Position numbers and translations under genes: made by a program
Assembly: GCA_963716745.1 (NCBI GenBank)
Contig: OY970320.1
Location: forward strand, 2,016,001-2,080,000
From: an uncultured Gemmatimonadaceae bacterium
GTDB taxonomy: Bacteria > Gemmatimonadota > Gemmatimonadetes > Gemmatimonadales > Gemmatimonadaceae
Direction of reading: 5' to 3'
DNA: 64,000 bases
Notes under the pieces: model-generated
What the model was told of the DNA's origin: nothing
What the model saw: only the letters and a program-made list of their open reading frames with translations
The model's database searches: none
Shown here: positions 54,014-64,000 of the stretch, piece by piece
Position numbering within the stretch: the stretch's first letter is position 1
Layout: each line of letters starts with the position of its first letter

Positions 54014-55615
54014 AGCTCCGCCGTCGTGAGGAATCGCGGGGGCCGGCGGAGCTTGGAGGCCTGCTCGTACGCGAAGGCCAGCTTGATGAGCGTCGGCTCC
54101 GACCATGCGCGGCCGAAGAAGCTGACACCCACGGGGAGCCCGAACGCATATCCCGCCGGGACGGTGATCGACGGATAGCCGGCGACCGCGGCGGGCGTGG
54201 AGCTGCCGCCGCCGTCCGCATCGCCGTTCACGAGATCGATCGGCGTGGGCGGTTCAGCGGTGGGCGCCACCAAAGCGTCGAGCTGGTACTTGTCCATCGT
54301 GGCGTCGATGCCCTCGGTGCGGGACAGGCGAATGCACTCGGCGCGCGCGTCGAGATACGCCTGGTCGGTGAGCGGCCCCTTGGCCTGGGCCTCGAGGAAG
54401 ATCTCCTGGCCGAAGTACGGCATCTCCCTGAGCGCGATGCGCATCGTTGAACGAGATGAGATCGGCGAGCGTGCGCGCGCTGGCGCCGGGCGCGAGTGTC
54501 GCGAGATACGCGTTGATGTCGTTCTTGAATTCGTAGAGGAGCACCTCGTATTCGGGCTTGCTCATCTTGCCCGCTGTCTCGATCGGCGCGGGGTCGATGA
54601 TCGTCGCGCCGGCGGCGCGCATCACTGCGATCGCCGCGTCCACCAGTGCATCGGCTTTAGGGCTGTAGCCGAAGTAGTGCGGACGCGGAACGCCGATGCG
54701 CGCGCCCGCGAGCCCTTTCGCGTCGAGGAACTTGGTGTAGTCCGGCGCGATGTGGCCCCTCGCCGCGGCCGTCGCGGGGTCGCGCGGATCCTCGCCGGCG
54801 ATCGCGCTCAGGACGATCGCCGCATCCGTGACCGTGCGCGCCATCGGGCCCGCTGTGTCCTGGCTGTGGGCGATGGGGATGATGCCGCTCCGGCTGACGA
54901 GTCCGACGGTGGGCTTGATGCCCACGATCGAACAGCGCGACGACGGATCGACGATCGACCCGTCGGTCTCGGTGCCAATGGCGACGGCGCACAGATTCGC
55001 GGCGACGGCGGCGCCCGACCCGGAGCTCGAGCCCGACGTGGTGCGGTCGAGCGCGTACGGATTGCGACATTGCCCGCCGCGCCCGCTCCAGCCGCTCGTG
55101 CTGTGCGTGCTCCTGAAATTCGCCCACTCGCTCAGGTTCGCCTTGCCGATGATCACCGCGCCGGCCGCGCGCAGCCGCTCGACAATGAACGCATCGCGCG
55201 GCACGCGGGAGCCGGCGAGCGCGAGCGAGCCGGCGGTGGTCTGCATCCCTTCGCTGGTAGCGATATTGTCCTTCAGCAGGATCGGGATGCCGTGCAGCGG
55301 GCCTTTGATCTCGCCGCGCTGCCGGTCGCCGTCGCGCGCGGCGGTGTCGCCCGCCAGATCGGAATTCACTTCGATGACGGCGTGCAGCGACGCGTTCTTC
55401 GCGCGGATCCGCGCGACGTACTCGTTGGCGATGCCGGCAGCATCGATGTTCCCGCCGCGCATGAGGTCCTGCAGCTCAGCGATCGTGATCTCGTCCTTCA
55501 CGACAGCGCCGGCGCTAGGCGCGAGGCGCTCGGCGGCCTCCGCCGCACGCGCGATCTGCGAGGCGGCTCCGGCCGCGATCGCACCGGCGACGAACTCCCT
55601 CCGAGTGGGCGACAT
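54010..55615 (-). CDS. Tat-exported amidase (amidase signature family), frameshift near 54440
   Basis: TRREFV Tat motif, LLKDNI, SGSSSGS, GTETDGSI. Confidence 0.9.
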
Positions 55616-55616
55616 G

Positions 55617-57296
55617 CTACGGCGCCGTTCCGACGACGGACGCGCCCTGCTCGAAGATGACGTCGATCGGAACGCCGAGCGTGGCGAGACGGGCAAGATC
55701 CTGTTGTGTCTGCGGCGTCACCTTGCCGTACTGATCGTTGAACGCGCCCACGGCGGCGTAGTCTCCGTCGCCCTGCATCGTGATGATCTTCGTGGCGAGC
55801 GCGTTCATGCCCGCACGGAACTTGTCGAAGTCCACGCGATAGCGCGCGGTGGCGCTGTCGCGCGCGAAGGCGCCTTGCTGCTGCAGGAAATTGAACGCCG
55901 CGATGTTCGCGCGGCCATGCGCATCGGCGGCACTGAATCGCATCGACCGGAAGAGGCTCGCGAGGAAGCTGACATAATTGGCGCGGATGTCCTCCTTTCC
56001 GAGATCGCCACGAGCATTGAGCTCCTGGACCATGCGGAGGCCGAGGATGTCGGCCTTGCCCTCTTCCAGCGCGCCGCTGCGCTCCTTGAGCGCCTGGCGC
56101 ACCGTGGCGGTGTTATTCGTGATGAGGTGCCGCGGGCCGAGGCCATGCGCGACCTCGTGGAACATCGTGTTCTCGAAGAACGCGTCGAAGTTGAGGTAGC
56201 TCAACTGATCGTCGGCGATGAGCGCGCGCGCGATCGGCATGAGGATCACGTCGAACTTCGCGCGCATCGCGTTCTTCAGCTGGAGCCGGCGCGAACCCAT
56301 CGCGTTCGTGATCGACTCATCGTTCGGCAGGTTGATCGCGATCGTCTTCGGGCCGGTGTTGGCCTGGCCGGCGTAGTAGAGCACGTCGTAGGCGTTGAGG
56401 TCCGAATTCGTGCCCGGCTGCTCCTTCTTGTACGGCGCCGCGACGGGCAGCCCCTTCTGCAGGTCGGGGAGCATCCCAATGTAGCGTGCGAGGCGCGCGC
56501 TCCACGCTTTGTCCTTCACGAGGACGATGCCCTCGTGCGCCGTCTTGTAGCCGAAGAGTTCGTCCTCGTATGTCTCCGTCGGACCGACGACGATATCGAG
56601 CGTGTTCTTCTTCATCGCCATCCAGGCGGAATCGGACGGGCGGTAATCGTCGCTCTTGAGCGCGGCGGCCTTCATCGTCAGGAAGCTCTTGAGGCCGGGA
56701 TCGTCGGCGAGCTTCGCGGCGGCGAGCAGCTTCGCGGCGGCGATCCCATGCGCGGCGGCGAAGAACTTGGAGTAGGGGATCGCGATGAGGCGGCCGTTCG
56801 CATCGCGGCGAATCATCGTGTAGAGACTCTTGAGCGAATCGCCGCGGGCCTTGCTCGTCGCGGCGGCGGAATCGAACTCGCTCTTGGTCATCCCGGCGGG
56901 ATAGTAGTTGGCGCCCTCGGGCTTGGGACCGATCTCGGGGACGAACGGCGCGTTGTTGCCGAGCCGGTTCCAGGGCCCGTAGTTGATGTCCACCAGTTTT
57001 CGCGCATCGGCGCCGCTCACGTGCTTCATGAGCGAGTCGCGGTCGCCGTACGTCTCCATCCAGAAGGGCGCGTTCATCGCATCCGCCGCGTCGATGAGCA
57101 GCGGGATCATCTGCTGCTCATTGGGCGTGAGCGCTTTCAGGTCGGTGGTGAGCTTCACCGTGGCATACTGCGCGAGCAGCGCCGAATCGGTCATCGCCGG
57201 CGCGCTGCTCATCGCCGCGGGTTTCTGCGGAAGTGACTCCCGGCCGCACGCGGCGAAGAGGAGAGCGACGAAAAGGGCGGAGCGAGAACGGGGCAT
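55617..57296 (-). CDS. Dipeptidyl-peptidase III (M49)-like Zn peptidase lipoprotein, HEXXH variant
   Basis: Lipobox FAAC, GPTETYED, INLPND, FHEVAHGLG, LEEGKAD. Confidence 0.85.
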   Translation of the reverse strand: MPRSRSALFVALLFAACGRESLPQKPAAMSSAPAMTDSALLAQYATVKLTTDLKALTPNEQQMIPLLIDAADAMNAPFWMETYGDRDSLMKHVSGADARKLVDINYGPWNRLGNNAPFVPEIGPKPEGANYYPAGMTKSEFDSAAATSKARGDSLKSLYTMIRRDANGRLIAIPYSKFFAAAHGIAAAKLLAAAKLADDPGLKSFLTMKAAALKSDDYRPSDSAWMAMKKNTLDIVVGPTETYEDELFGYKTAHEGIVLVKDKAWSARLARYIGMLPDLQKGLPVAAPYKKEQPGTNSDLNAYDVLYYAGQANTGPKTIAINLPNDESITNAMGSRRLQLKNAMRAKFDVILMPIARALIADDQLSYLNFDAFFENTMFHEVAHGLGPRHLITNNTATVRQALKERSGALEEGKADILGLRMVQELNARGDLGKEDIRANYVSFLASLFRSMRFSAADAHGRANIAAFNFLQQQGAFARDSATARYRVDFDKFRAGMNALATKIITMQGDGDYAAVGAFNDQYGKVTPQTQQDLARLATLGVPIDVIFEQGASVVGTAP

Positions 57297-57362
57297 GAAG
57301 CGATCTCCAAGGGGGAGAACGAGACATTGGCACGCAATCCGCTCGGAATCAACTGCTACTCG

Positions 57363-57634
57363 CTACGAACGGCGTGAGTCGCACCCCTGAACGCCGTGCG
57401 TCGTACCCCGAACTCCGTGAGTGCCGAGTCGTGCGTCGTACCGATTGTAGGGCGTGACTCGCACCCCGAACAACGTGAGTCGTGAGTCCACGCACGGAGT
57501 TCGGGTTGCGACGCACGGTGTTCAGGGGTTCGACGCACGCAGTGCAGTCGGTGCGACGCACGACTCGGTACTCACGGCGTTCGGGGTACGACGAACGGTT
57601 CTAAGGGGTGCGACTCACGCCGTCTTGTTCGTAG
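57363..57634. repeat. Roughly 270-bp imperfect palindrome built from ~21-bp (3x7) units
   Basis: 57371-57388 pairs perfectly with 57604-57621; unit approximately CGTG(A/C)GT CG(C/T)ACCC CGAAC(G/T)C. Confidence 0.9.
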
Positions 57635-59538
57635 GCCGTCGCCCGACCACCCACAGTGAGTACAGCACAATGACCGTCCCCACCTGCGGGATCAGCGTCT
57701 GCCATGTCGCGTAGATCCCCAGCAGATCCGAGCTCCAATTCCATCCGGTGCTCGTCACGGCGAGGATGCCGGTCTCTTGCAGCGCGTGCAGCCCTTTCCC
57801 CACGAGGATCACCGCGAGCGCCGCCATCAAGAGCGATGAGAGGGTGAAGATCCGGCGGATCGGGATGCGCGCGCTGTAGCGCAGCAATGCCCACGACAGG
57901 CCGAACAGGATCACGAACGACGCGCCGACGCCGAGCAGCATCGCCGTCGTTCCGGAAGCACCGCCTTCGAGCGTGATCGCGCGCAGGAAGAGCACGCACT
58001 CGAACGCCTCGCGAAAGAGCGCCATGAACGCGATGGTGAAGAGCACCCACCGCTTCTTCCCTTCGAGCGCCGACCGGACCTGCACGTCCAGGAAATGCCG
58101 CCAGCGCGTGATCTCGGTGCGGCTGTGCAGCCAGAAGCCGACGTACAACAGCACCGCGACGGCGAGCAGTGCCGTGATCCCCTCGAGCAGTTCGCGCTGC
58201 ACGCCGCTGATGGCCATGAGCCAGCCGGAGAGGAACCACGCGATGACCCCCGCACCGACGGCGGTGATCCAGCCGCCGTGCACCCACCATTCCGCGGTCG
58301 TATCGTTCGCCGCGCGGATCACGGCCAGGAGCGCGATGAGGATCAACACCGCCTCGAAGCCCTCGCGCATCAGGATCCCGGTCGTGAGGATGAACGTCAC
58401 CCACGGGCCCGACGCGTGCGCCGAGAGCCGCTGTTCCGCCAGGTCGATGCTCTGCTGCGCCGCGGCCACCGCGCTGCCGACGTCGGCGGCGGGCCGCCCC
58501 GACTCGATCGCCGCACGCACGCCGGCCATGCGGGATTCGAGCGCCTCCGTGAATACGCGGTCGTTCGCGCGGAGGCGGGGCTCCACCGGCTCGATCCCTT
58601 CGAGATAGGCGCGCAGCGCGTCGCTTCGCGCGGCCGAAGCATCGCCGGCTGCATACGAGGAATCGGCGCGCGCGAGATACCGGCGCGCGATCGCGAGCGG
58701 TTCGGCCACGCTCGCGGCGGCGCTCGAATGGAGGCGCAGCGCCGCAACACGCGCGCGCCGCGCTGCGCTGTCTCCCGGCAGCAGCGCCATGAGCGCGCTG
58801 TCAGAGTGCGTGGCGGCCATCGCGAGATCGGCAGTGGTCATGCGGCGCGCGAATATCTGGAACGCCGGTCACGTGCAGCGACGTGACGTAGAACGCGAGG
58901 TCCCAGACGTCGGCGTCGGACAGATCGGGATGCGCGGCCATCGGCGTCTTCGGCAGCCCCACGCGGATCACGTTGAACGCACGGAATGGCGTGATCCCGT
59001 TCGCGACGGCCGGGCTCAGGAAATCGGCGGGCTTGGGATCGAGTGCCGCGCCTGCCGGACCGTCGCCCGCGCCGTGAGCGCCATGGCACGACGCGCAGTT
59101 CTCCCGATAGAGCGAGGCGCCGTTCGCGAGACTCGGCCAGCGCGCCGGCACCTCGGCGATCCCTGAACGGAGCACGATGCGCTGCTTCACGGCGAGTGCC
59201 GCGGCCGACACGTCGGCTGCGCTCGCTCTGCGGTCGATGAGCGCGCCCACGTCGCGAAGACCGGCGAGACTCGCGCTGTCGTCGCGGATCGCCGGGACCG
59301 CCGCGGCGATCGACAGCGCCGAACGGGCGAATTCGACTTGTTCCTGGTATTCCGGCGCGCTCGTGATCCGGCCATTGGAAACGGCGCCGGCGTAATCGCG
59401 CGCGAGGTAGTCGAGCAGATTGACCACGACGCGCGCAGAGCTGTCGCCGGACTGTGCAGGGGCGAGGATCGGGACAGCGGCTAGCAGGAGGAACGCGGCG
59501 AGCCAGCGGATGGTGCGCAATTGATCAGTACGTCTCAT
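57615..59538 (-). CDS. Cytochrome c-FTR1 iron permease fusion (PbrT-like), frameshift near 58850
   Basis: LLDYLARDY..AV, EYQEQ.EF, CASCH heme motif, REGFE and REAFE FTR1 motifs. Confidence 0.9.
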
Positions 59539-59569
59539 CCCGGGGGTGCGACGCCGGGGCAGGCGGTGT

Positions 59570-59584
59570 TGAGAATCGTTCTCA
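59570..59584. promoter_or_regulatory. Fur-family 7-1-7-like operator
   Basis: TGAGAATCGTTCTCA, about 30 bp upstream of the iron permease start. Confidence 0.7.
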
Positions 59585-59701
59585 GTCGTCGATTGAAGAT
59601 AATGCTAGTGATTCACTCGGGAAAGAACTTCCCGTCTCGATTAGAACGCGCTAAGTGTCGATGGCGACGAAACGTCGGGGCTTGCAGGGCGTCCTTAACG
59701 T

Positions 59702-62476
59702 ATGGCAACCGGAGAACACCCAGCGAGTGGCTGGGCGCGAACGCGCGTGTGGATAACCGACTGGGGGAACGCGCTCGCCGTTCTCCTGGTGTTGTATTGC
59801 GGCAGCTACATCTCATTCCAGCTGAGTCATCGCGGAAGTGAGACGCTGCGCTTCGTCGCGGCACATCTCGCGTACCTCCCGCTCAACATCGGGACCGCCA
59901 CATTGGCGTTCCGCGCGGCCACCCGGGCCAGCACGGATAGCCGGATCCGCCGCTCGCTCGCGCTCTTCGGCCTCTGCTTCGCGCTGATCGCAGTCTCGAA
60001 CCTCCTGCTGTTCTACATCGGCGTCGTGCGCGACGGCGACTCACTGAATTCGTGGGTCAACCTGGTAGCGCTCAGTTGCTATCTCGTGGCGCTGGTCGCG
60101 TTCCTGTCGCTGCCGATGGCGCGGCGCGTCGAGGGAGAGTACTGGAAGTTCGTGCTCGACGCGGCGGTGGTGATGGTCGGCGGCGGACTGGCAATGTGGT
60201 TCTTCGTGTTCGCGCCGAGCCTCGACTGGACCACCGGCGGCACCACGGGAAAAGCGATCGCGCTCGCGTATCCACTCCTCTCGCTGCTGCTCTTCTTCGG
60301 CGTCGTGACGGTGCTGCTGCGGCGGCCGGCCGATATCCGGCGCTGGGCGCCTGGCCTGCTGTTCGTGGGATGGCTGCTGTATCTGATCGCCGATTTCACG
60401 AACGACATCGTGGTGCAGAACGTCGGCTTCTACGCGATCAGCTGGTTCGACTACACGTACATCGCGACGTACTGCCTGCTCGTATGGAGCTTCCGGCAGT
60501 ATTACTGGCGCGTGCCGGAGGTCCGCATCCAACCGGAGGTCGAGTCGCCGTTGGCGCAACCGCAGAGCCTTCTGCCGTACGCCGCGATCGCGGTGACGTA
60601 CGGCCTCGTGCTCTGGGCCGCATCGCGCGAATGGCCGCGGCAGATCGCGGTGCTCACTGTGGGCGCGGCGGCGGTCGCACTTCTCGTGCTCCTGCGCCAG
60701 ATCCTAGCGGTGCGGGAGAACGTGCGCCTGCTCGATGAGCGCGCGGCGCGTGAGACGGAGCGCCGCTTGCACGCGCTCGTGCAGCGCTCGTCCGACGTGA
60801 TCGCGATCGTCGACTCGCGCGGCATCCTGCGCTACACGAGTCCCTCGGTCACGCGGAACTTCGGCTACGCGCCCACGGAACTCGAGGGCGTGAACATGAT
60901 GGACCTGATCCACCCGGACGATCACGCGCACGCGAACTCCCTGTTCGCCGAGGTGCTCAAGCCGCACGCCCTCGCCGGACCGGTGGAATGGCGGGGGCGC
61001 CACGCCGATGGCAGCTGGCGCAACATCGAGGTGTCCTTCACGAACCTGATGGACGAGCCCTCGGTGCGCGGCATCGTGGCGAACGCCCGCGACGTGAGCG
61101 ATCGCAAGGCGCTGCAAGCGCAGCTCACGCATCAAGCGTTCCACGACCAGCTCACCGGGCTCGCGAACCGCGCGCTCTTCCTCGACCGCGTGACACACGC
61201 GCTGACGCTCGCGCGGCGCCATCAGCAGAAGCTCGCGCTCATCTTCCTCGACATCGACAACTTCAAGACGGTGAACGACAGTCTCGGCCACAGCGTGGGC
61301 GACCGGCTGCTCACGATCGCGGCCCAGCGCCTGCTCGCCAGCGTGCGCACGGCCGACACCGTGGCGCGTCTCGGTGGCGACGAGTTCGCCGTGCTCCTCG
61401 AAGATTCGGAGCACGACTCCGGCGCGGTGGCGGTCGTGGAGCGCATCGTGCAGGCGCTCCGTCACCCGTTCTCGCTGGATGGACGCGAAGTGTTCGCGAC
61501 GGCCAGCATCGGCGTCGCGATCGCGGGAGAGGAGGAGACCTCGCAGGACCTGGTGCGCAATGCCGACATGGCGATGTACCTCGCCAAGCGCGACGGCAAG
61601 GGACGCTACCAGATCTTCGAGCCGCGCATGCATACGCAGGCGCTCGAACGCCTCGAGCTCGAAGCGGACATGCGCCGCGCGATCGACCGCGAGGAATTCG
61701 TCGTGCACTACCAGCCGATCGTGCTGCTGCACACCGGTGAGATCACCGGCGTGGAGGCGCTCGTGCGCTGGCAGCACCCGCGCAAGGGGATGATCGGGCC
61801 GCCGCTCTTCATTCCGATCGCCGAGGAGACGGGACTGATCGTACCGCTCGGGCGCTGGGTGGTGCGCGATGCGTGCCGCCAGGCGCAGCGCTGGCAGACC
61901 ATGCGCGGCGTGCCGCTCACGCTCACGGTGAACATCTCCGGCTACCAGCTGCAGAGCGAGTCGGTGGTGGAGGATGTGCGCTCGGCGCTCGTGGACAGCG
62001 GCCTCGATCCGCGGCAGCTCGTGCTCGAGATCACCGAGAGCGTGCTGATGCAGCACAACGAGATCCTGCTGGAACGGCTGCGCGCGCTCAAGTCGATCGG
62101 GGTGCGCCTCGCGATCGATGACTTCGGCACCGGCTACTCATCGCTCGGTTACCTGCAGCGATTCCCCATCGACATCCTGAAGATCGACAAGTCGTTCGTC
62201 GACAACGTGGGGATGACGGGTGGCGAGCCGGCGCTCGCGCGCGCGGTGATCGCGCTCGGCGAGACGCTGCGGCTCCAGACCATCGCCGAGGGCATCGAGC
62301 AGCGGCGCCAATTGAGCGGGCTGCAGGAGCTGGGATGCGAGATGGGGCAGGGGTACTACTTCGCGCGGCCGGTGGCTCCGTCGGCGATCGATGCGATCCT
62401 CGCGGGCGACAGCGGGACGATCTCGGTGCCGCCGTACGAGCGGCTGGTGACGCGGAGGGAGGGAGCGGCGAACTGA
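59702..62476 (+). CDS. Membrane sensor-PAS-GGDEF-EAL c-di-GMP enzyme
   Basis: N-terminal TM bundle, PAS (IHPDD), intact GGDEF and EAL, DDFGTGYSS. Confidence 0.95.
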   Translation: MATGEHPASGWARTRVWITDWGNALAVLLVLYCGSYISFQLSHRGSETLRFVAAHLAYLPLNIGTATLAFRAATRASTDSRIRRSLALFGLCFALIAVSNLLLFYIGVVRDGDSLNSWVNLVALSCYLVALVAFLSLPMARRVEGEYWKFVLDAAVVMVGGGLAMWFFVFAPSLDWTTGGTTGKAIALAYPLLSLLLFFGVVTVLLRRPADIRRWAPGLLFVGWLLYLIADFTNDIVVQNVGFYAISWFDYTYIATYCLLVWSFRQYYWRVPEVRIQPEVESPLAQPQSLLPYAAIAVTYGLVLWAASREWPRQIAVLTVGAAAVALLVLLRQILAVRENVRLLDERAARETERRLHALVQRSSDVIAIVDSRGILRYTSPSVTRNFGYAPTELEGVNMMDLIHPDDHAHANSLFAEVLKPHALAGPVEWRGRHADGSWRNIEVSFTNLMDEPSVRGIVANARDVSDRKALQAQLTHQAFHDQLTGLANRALFLDRVTHALTLARRHQQKLALIFLDIDNFKTVNDSLGHSVGDRLLTIAAQRLLASVRTADTVARLGGDEFAVLLEDSEHDSGAVAVVERIVQALRHPFSLDGREVFATASIGVAIAGEEETSQDLVRNADMAMYLAKRDGKGRYQIFEPRMHTQALERLELEADMRRAIDREEFVVHYQPIVLLHTGEITGVEALVRWQHPRKGMIGPPLFIPIAEETGLIVPLGRWVVRDACRQAQRWQTMRGVPLTLTVNISGYQLQSESVVEDVRSALVDSGLDPRQLVLEITESVLMQHNEILLERLRALKSIGVRLAIDDFGTGYSSLGYLQRFPIDILKIDKSFVDNVGMTGGEPALARAVIALGETLRLQTIAEGIEQRRQLSGLQELGCEMGQGYYFARPVAPSAIDAILAGDSGTISVPPYERLVTRREGAAN

Positions 62477-62479
62477 GGA

Positions 62480-62518
62480 ACTACAGACTTAGACTCTAGA
62501 CTTAGACGTTAGAAGGCG
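62480..62518 (+). repeat. TAGAC-type tandem repeat, dispersed copy of the 43483-43520 arm
   Basis: actacagacttagactctagacttagacgttagaaggcg versus rc(43483-43520) actacagactgagactatagacttagacttagaatgcg. Confidence 0.85.
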
Positions 62519-62614
62519 AACGGCGGCGCTTGCGGAGCTTCTCTTCCGCGGGGGCCGCTATCTTATTTCGAGGCGAAGATTAGCGGGTACAGTCCCCAAC
62601 CAACGAGCGTGCCT

Positions 62615-63443
62615 ATGCGCAACGAGCTGATGTCTGTCACGATCGCGCTTGCGGCGATCGTCGGAGTGTCGTCAGCGCAGGAGTCCGCGAGCGGCATGAC
62701 GGAGCAGGAGAAGATGGCGAAGCTCGCCGAGGATGGCGCAGAACCCTGTGGCCAACATGATGAGCTTCCCCTTCCAGTTGAACACGAGCTTCGGGCTCTA
62801 CGGCGCGGATAACCGCACGCAGAACATCCTCAACATCCAACCGGTGATCCCCGTTTCGATTGCGGACAAGAAATGGAACGTGATCAATCGTCTGATCCTG
62901 CCGGTGGTGTGGCAGCCGGATTATGCGCCCACGGGAATGACGTCCGGGCTCGGCGCGGTGAACTACACGGCGTACTTCTCGCCGGCGGCGCCTGGGAAAC
63001 TGATCTGGGGCGTGGGTCCCACCATCAACTTCGCCGCGACGGACGCCGCGTTGGGCCCGCGCACGTATTCAATCGGCCCGGCGGTGGTGTTGATGCGTAT
63101 CGAAGGGCATTTCACGTACGGTATGGTCGTGAATAACACCTGGTCGTTCGCGGGCGCGGCCGGTGCGCCGGCGACGAACTCGCTCTATAGCCAGGTGTTC
63201 GTGAACTACAATCTGCCCGACAGTTGGTACCTGACCACGTCGCCGATCATCACCGCGAACTGGCTCGCGGAGAGCGCGGCCGATGTGTGGACCGTGCCGG
63301 TGGGCGGCGGCCTGGGGAAGATCCAGAAGATCGGACGGTTGCCATTCAACATGAACATCAGCGCGTACGGCTACGCGACGCGGCCGGTGGGCGGCCCGAG
63401 CTGGACGCTGCGCACGCAGATCGCGTTGCTCCTGCCGAAATAG
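62615..63443 (+). CDS. Secreted/outer-membrane beta-barrel-like protein (QNPVA family), frameshift near 62730
   Basis: Signal peptide, AQNPVA, LNIQPVIP, WTVPVGGG, C-terminal LLPK. Confidence 0.7.
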
Positions 63444-63539
63444 ACGCGGCTCGGCTTGCACTGCGGGGCACCGTCCGGTCTATTTGCGCGAGCGAGGCGC
63501 CGGTCGGGCGCCGTCGATCTCCTCAGCGCGAGACCCCGA

Positions 63540-64000
63540 ATGCCCCGAATCGCCTCCCGGATCGCGCTCGCCGCCGTCGTCGCGGTCCTCCTATCGCGGC
63601 TCTTGCCCCTCCCGCCAGCCGGCGCGCATGCACTCCACGTGCCGGCTCCCGGACTGCGCGTCGGCATTTCTTTCGCGGCGCAGCAGAGCGCGGTGCCGCT
63701 CGATGGGCGGATGCTGTTCCTCATCTCCACCGATAGCAGCGCGGAGCCGCGCTTCCAGATCATCGACGGCACGGCGACGCAACAGGCGTTCGGCGTGGAC
63801 GTGGACGGTCTCGCGCCCGCGCAGGAGGCGATGTTCGACGCGGACGTGCTCGGATATCCCGTCGCGAGCCTCGCCGGCGTGAAGCCGGGCGACTATTGGG
63901 TGCAGGGGCTGCTGCACGTGTACACGACGTACCACCGCGCCGATGGACATGTGGTGAAGCTGCCGGCCGACCGCGGCGAGGGACAGCAATGGAACCTCGC
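63540..64000 (+). CDS. Secreted putative esterase-family protein, N-terminal part (3'-truncated by window)
   Basis: Open frame MPRIAS...LDGRMLFLIS..EPRFQ..FGVDV..GYP..PGDYWVQGLL..GEGQQW; family assigned from recall only. Confidence 0.55.
   Translation, partial: MPRIASRIALAAVVAVLLSRLLPLPPAGAHALHVPAPGLRVGISFAAQQSAVPLDGRMLFLISTDSSAEPRFQIIDGTATQQAFGVDVDGLAPAQEAMFDADVLGYPVASLAGVKPGDYWVQGLLHVYTTYHRADGHVVKLPADRGEGQQWNL

Noticed and set aside
57363..57634. CRISPR array
   Set aside because: Units are degenerate, contiguous and inverted halfway, with no unique spacers and no cas genes in the window.

Overview
High-GC bacterial chromosomal window, probably Gemmatimonadota (inferred from the style of the type IV pilin and the Ig/RCC1/PQQ-propeller lipoproteins). 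Many genes are split by single-base indels, most likely uncorrected long-read errors, so many CDS boundaries below are reconstructed across reading frames. Bases 1-36.6 kb are a large Wzy/Wza/Wzc-type exopolysaccharide or capsule locus with heavy tailoring: four AsnB-family amidotransferase homologues, about nine GT domains, a CapK-like ligase, a DegT aminotransferase, a deacetylase, a GNAT, methyltransferases, MBOAT plus SGNH, and a lower-GC carbamoyltransferase-SxtJ-DUF5989-SGNH cassette. Bases 36.6-52 kb hold a nucleotidyltransferase, a trypsin-like protein with a degenerate active site, a Ser/Thr kinase, a type IV pilin, surface lipoproteins, a GT-C membrane protein and tRNA-Cys. The best novelty candidate is a compact minus-strand RiPP-like operon at 43.5-47.1 kb: a 74-aa peptide with a lasso-type leader (WxxPxL...T at -2) but a core with no Asp/Glu and a C-x8-C tail, then an HPr-kinase-like enzyme, a PqqD/RRE protein and two lipoproteins, with no cyclase or peptidase adjacent. 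Bases 52-64 kb hold MscS, an amidase, an M49-like peptidase, a roughly 270-bp palindrome built from heptamer-like units, a cytochrome c-FTR1 iron permease with a Fur-like box, a PAS-GGDEF-EAL protein and two secreted proteins. Several families of dispersed heptamer repeats occur between and inside genes.
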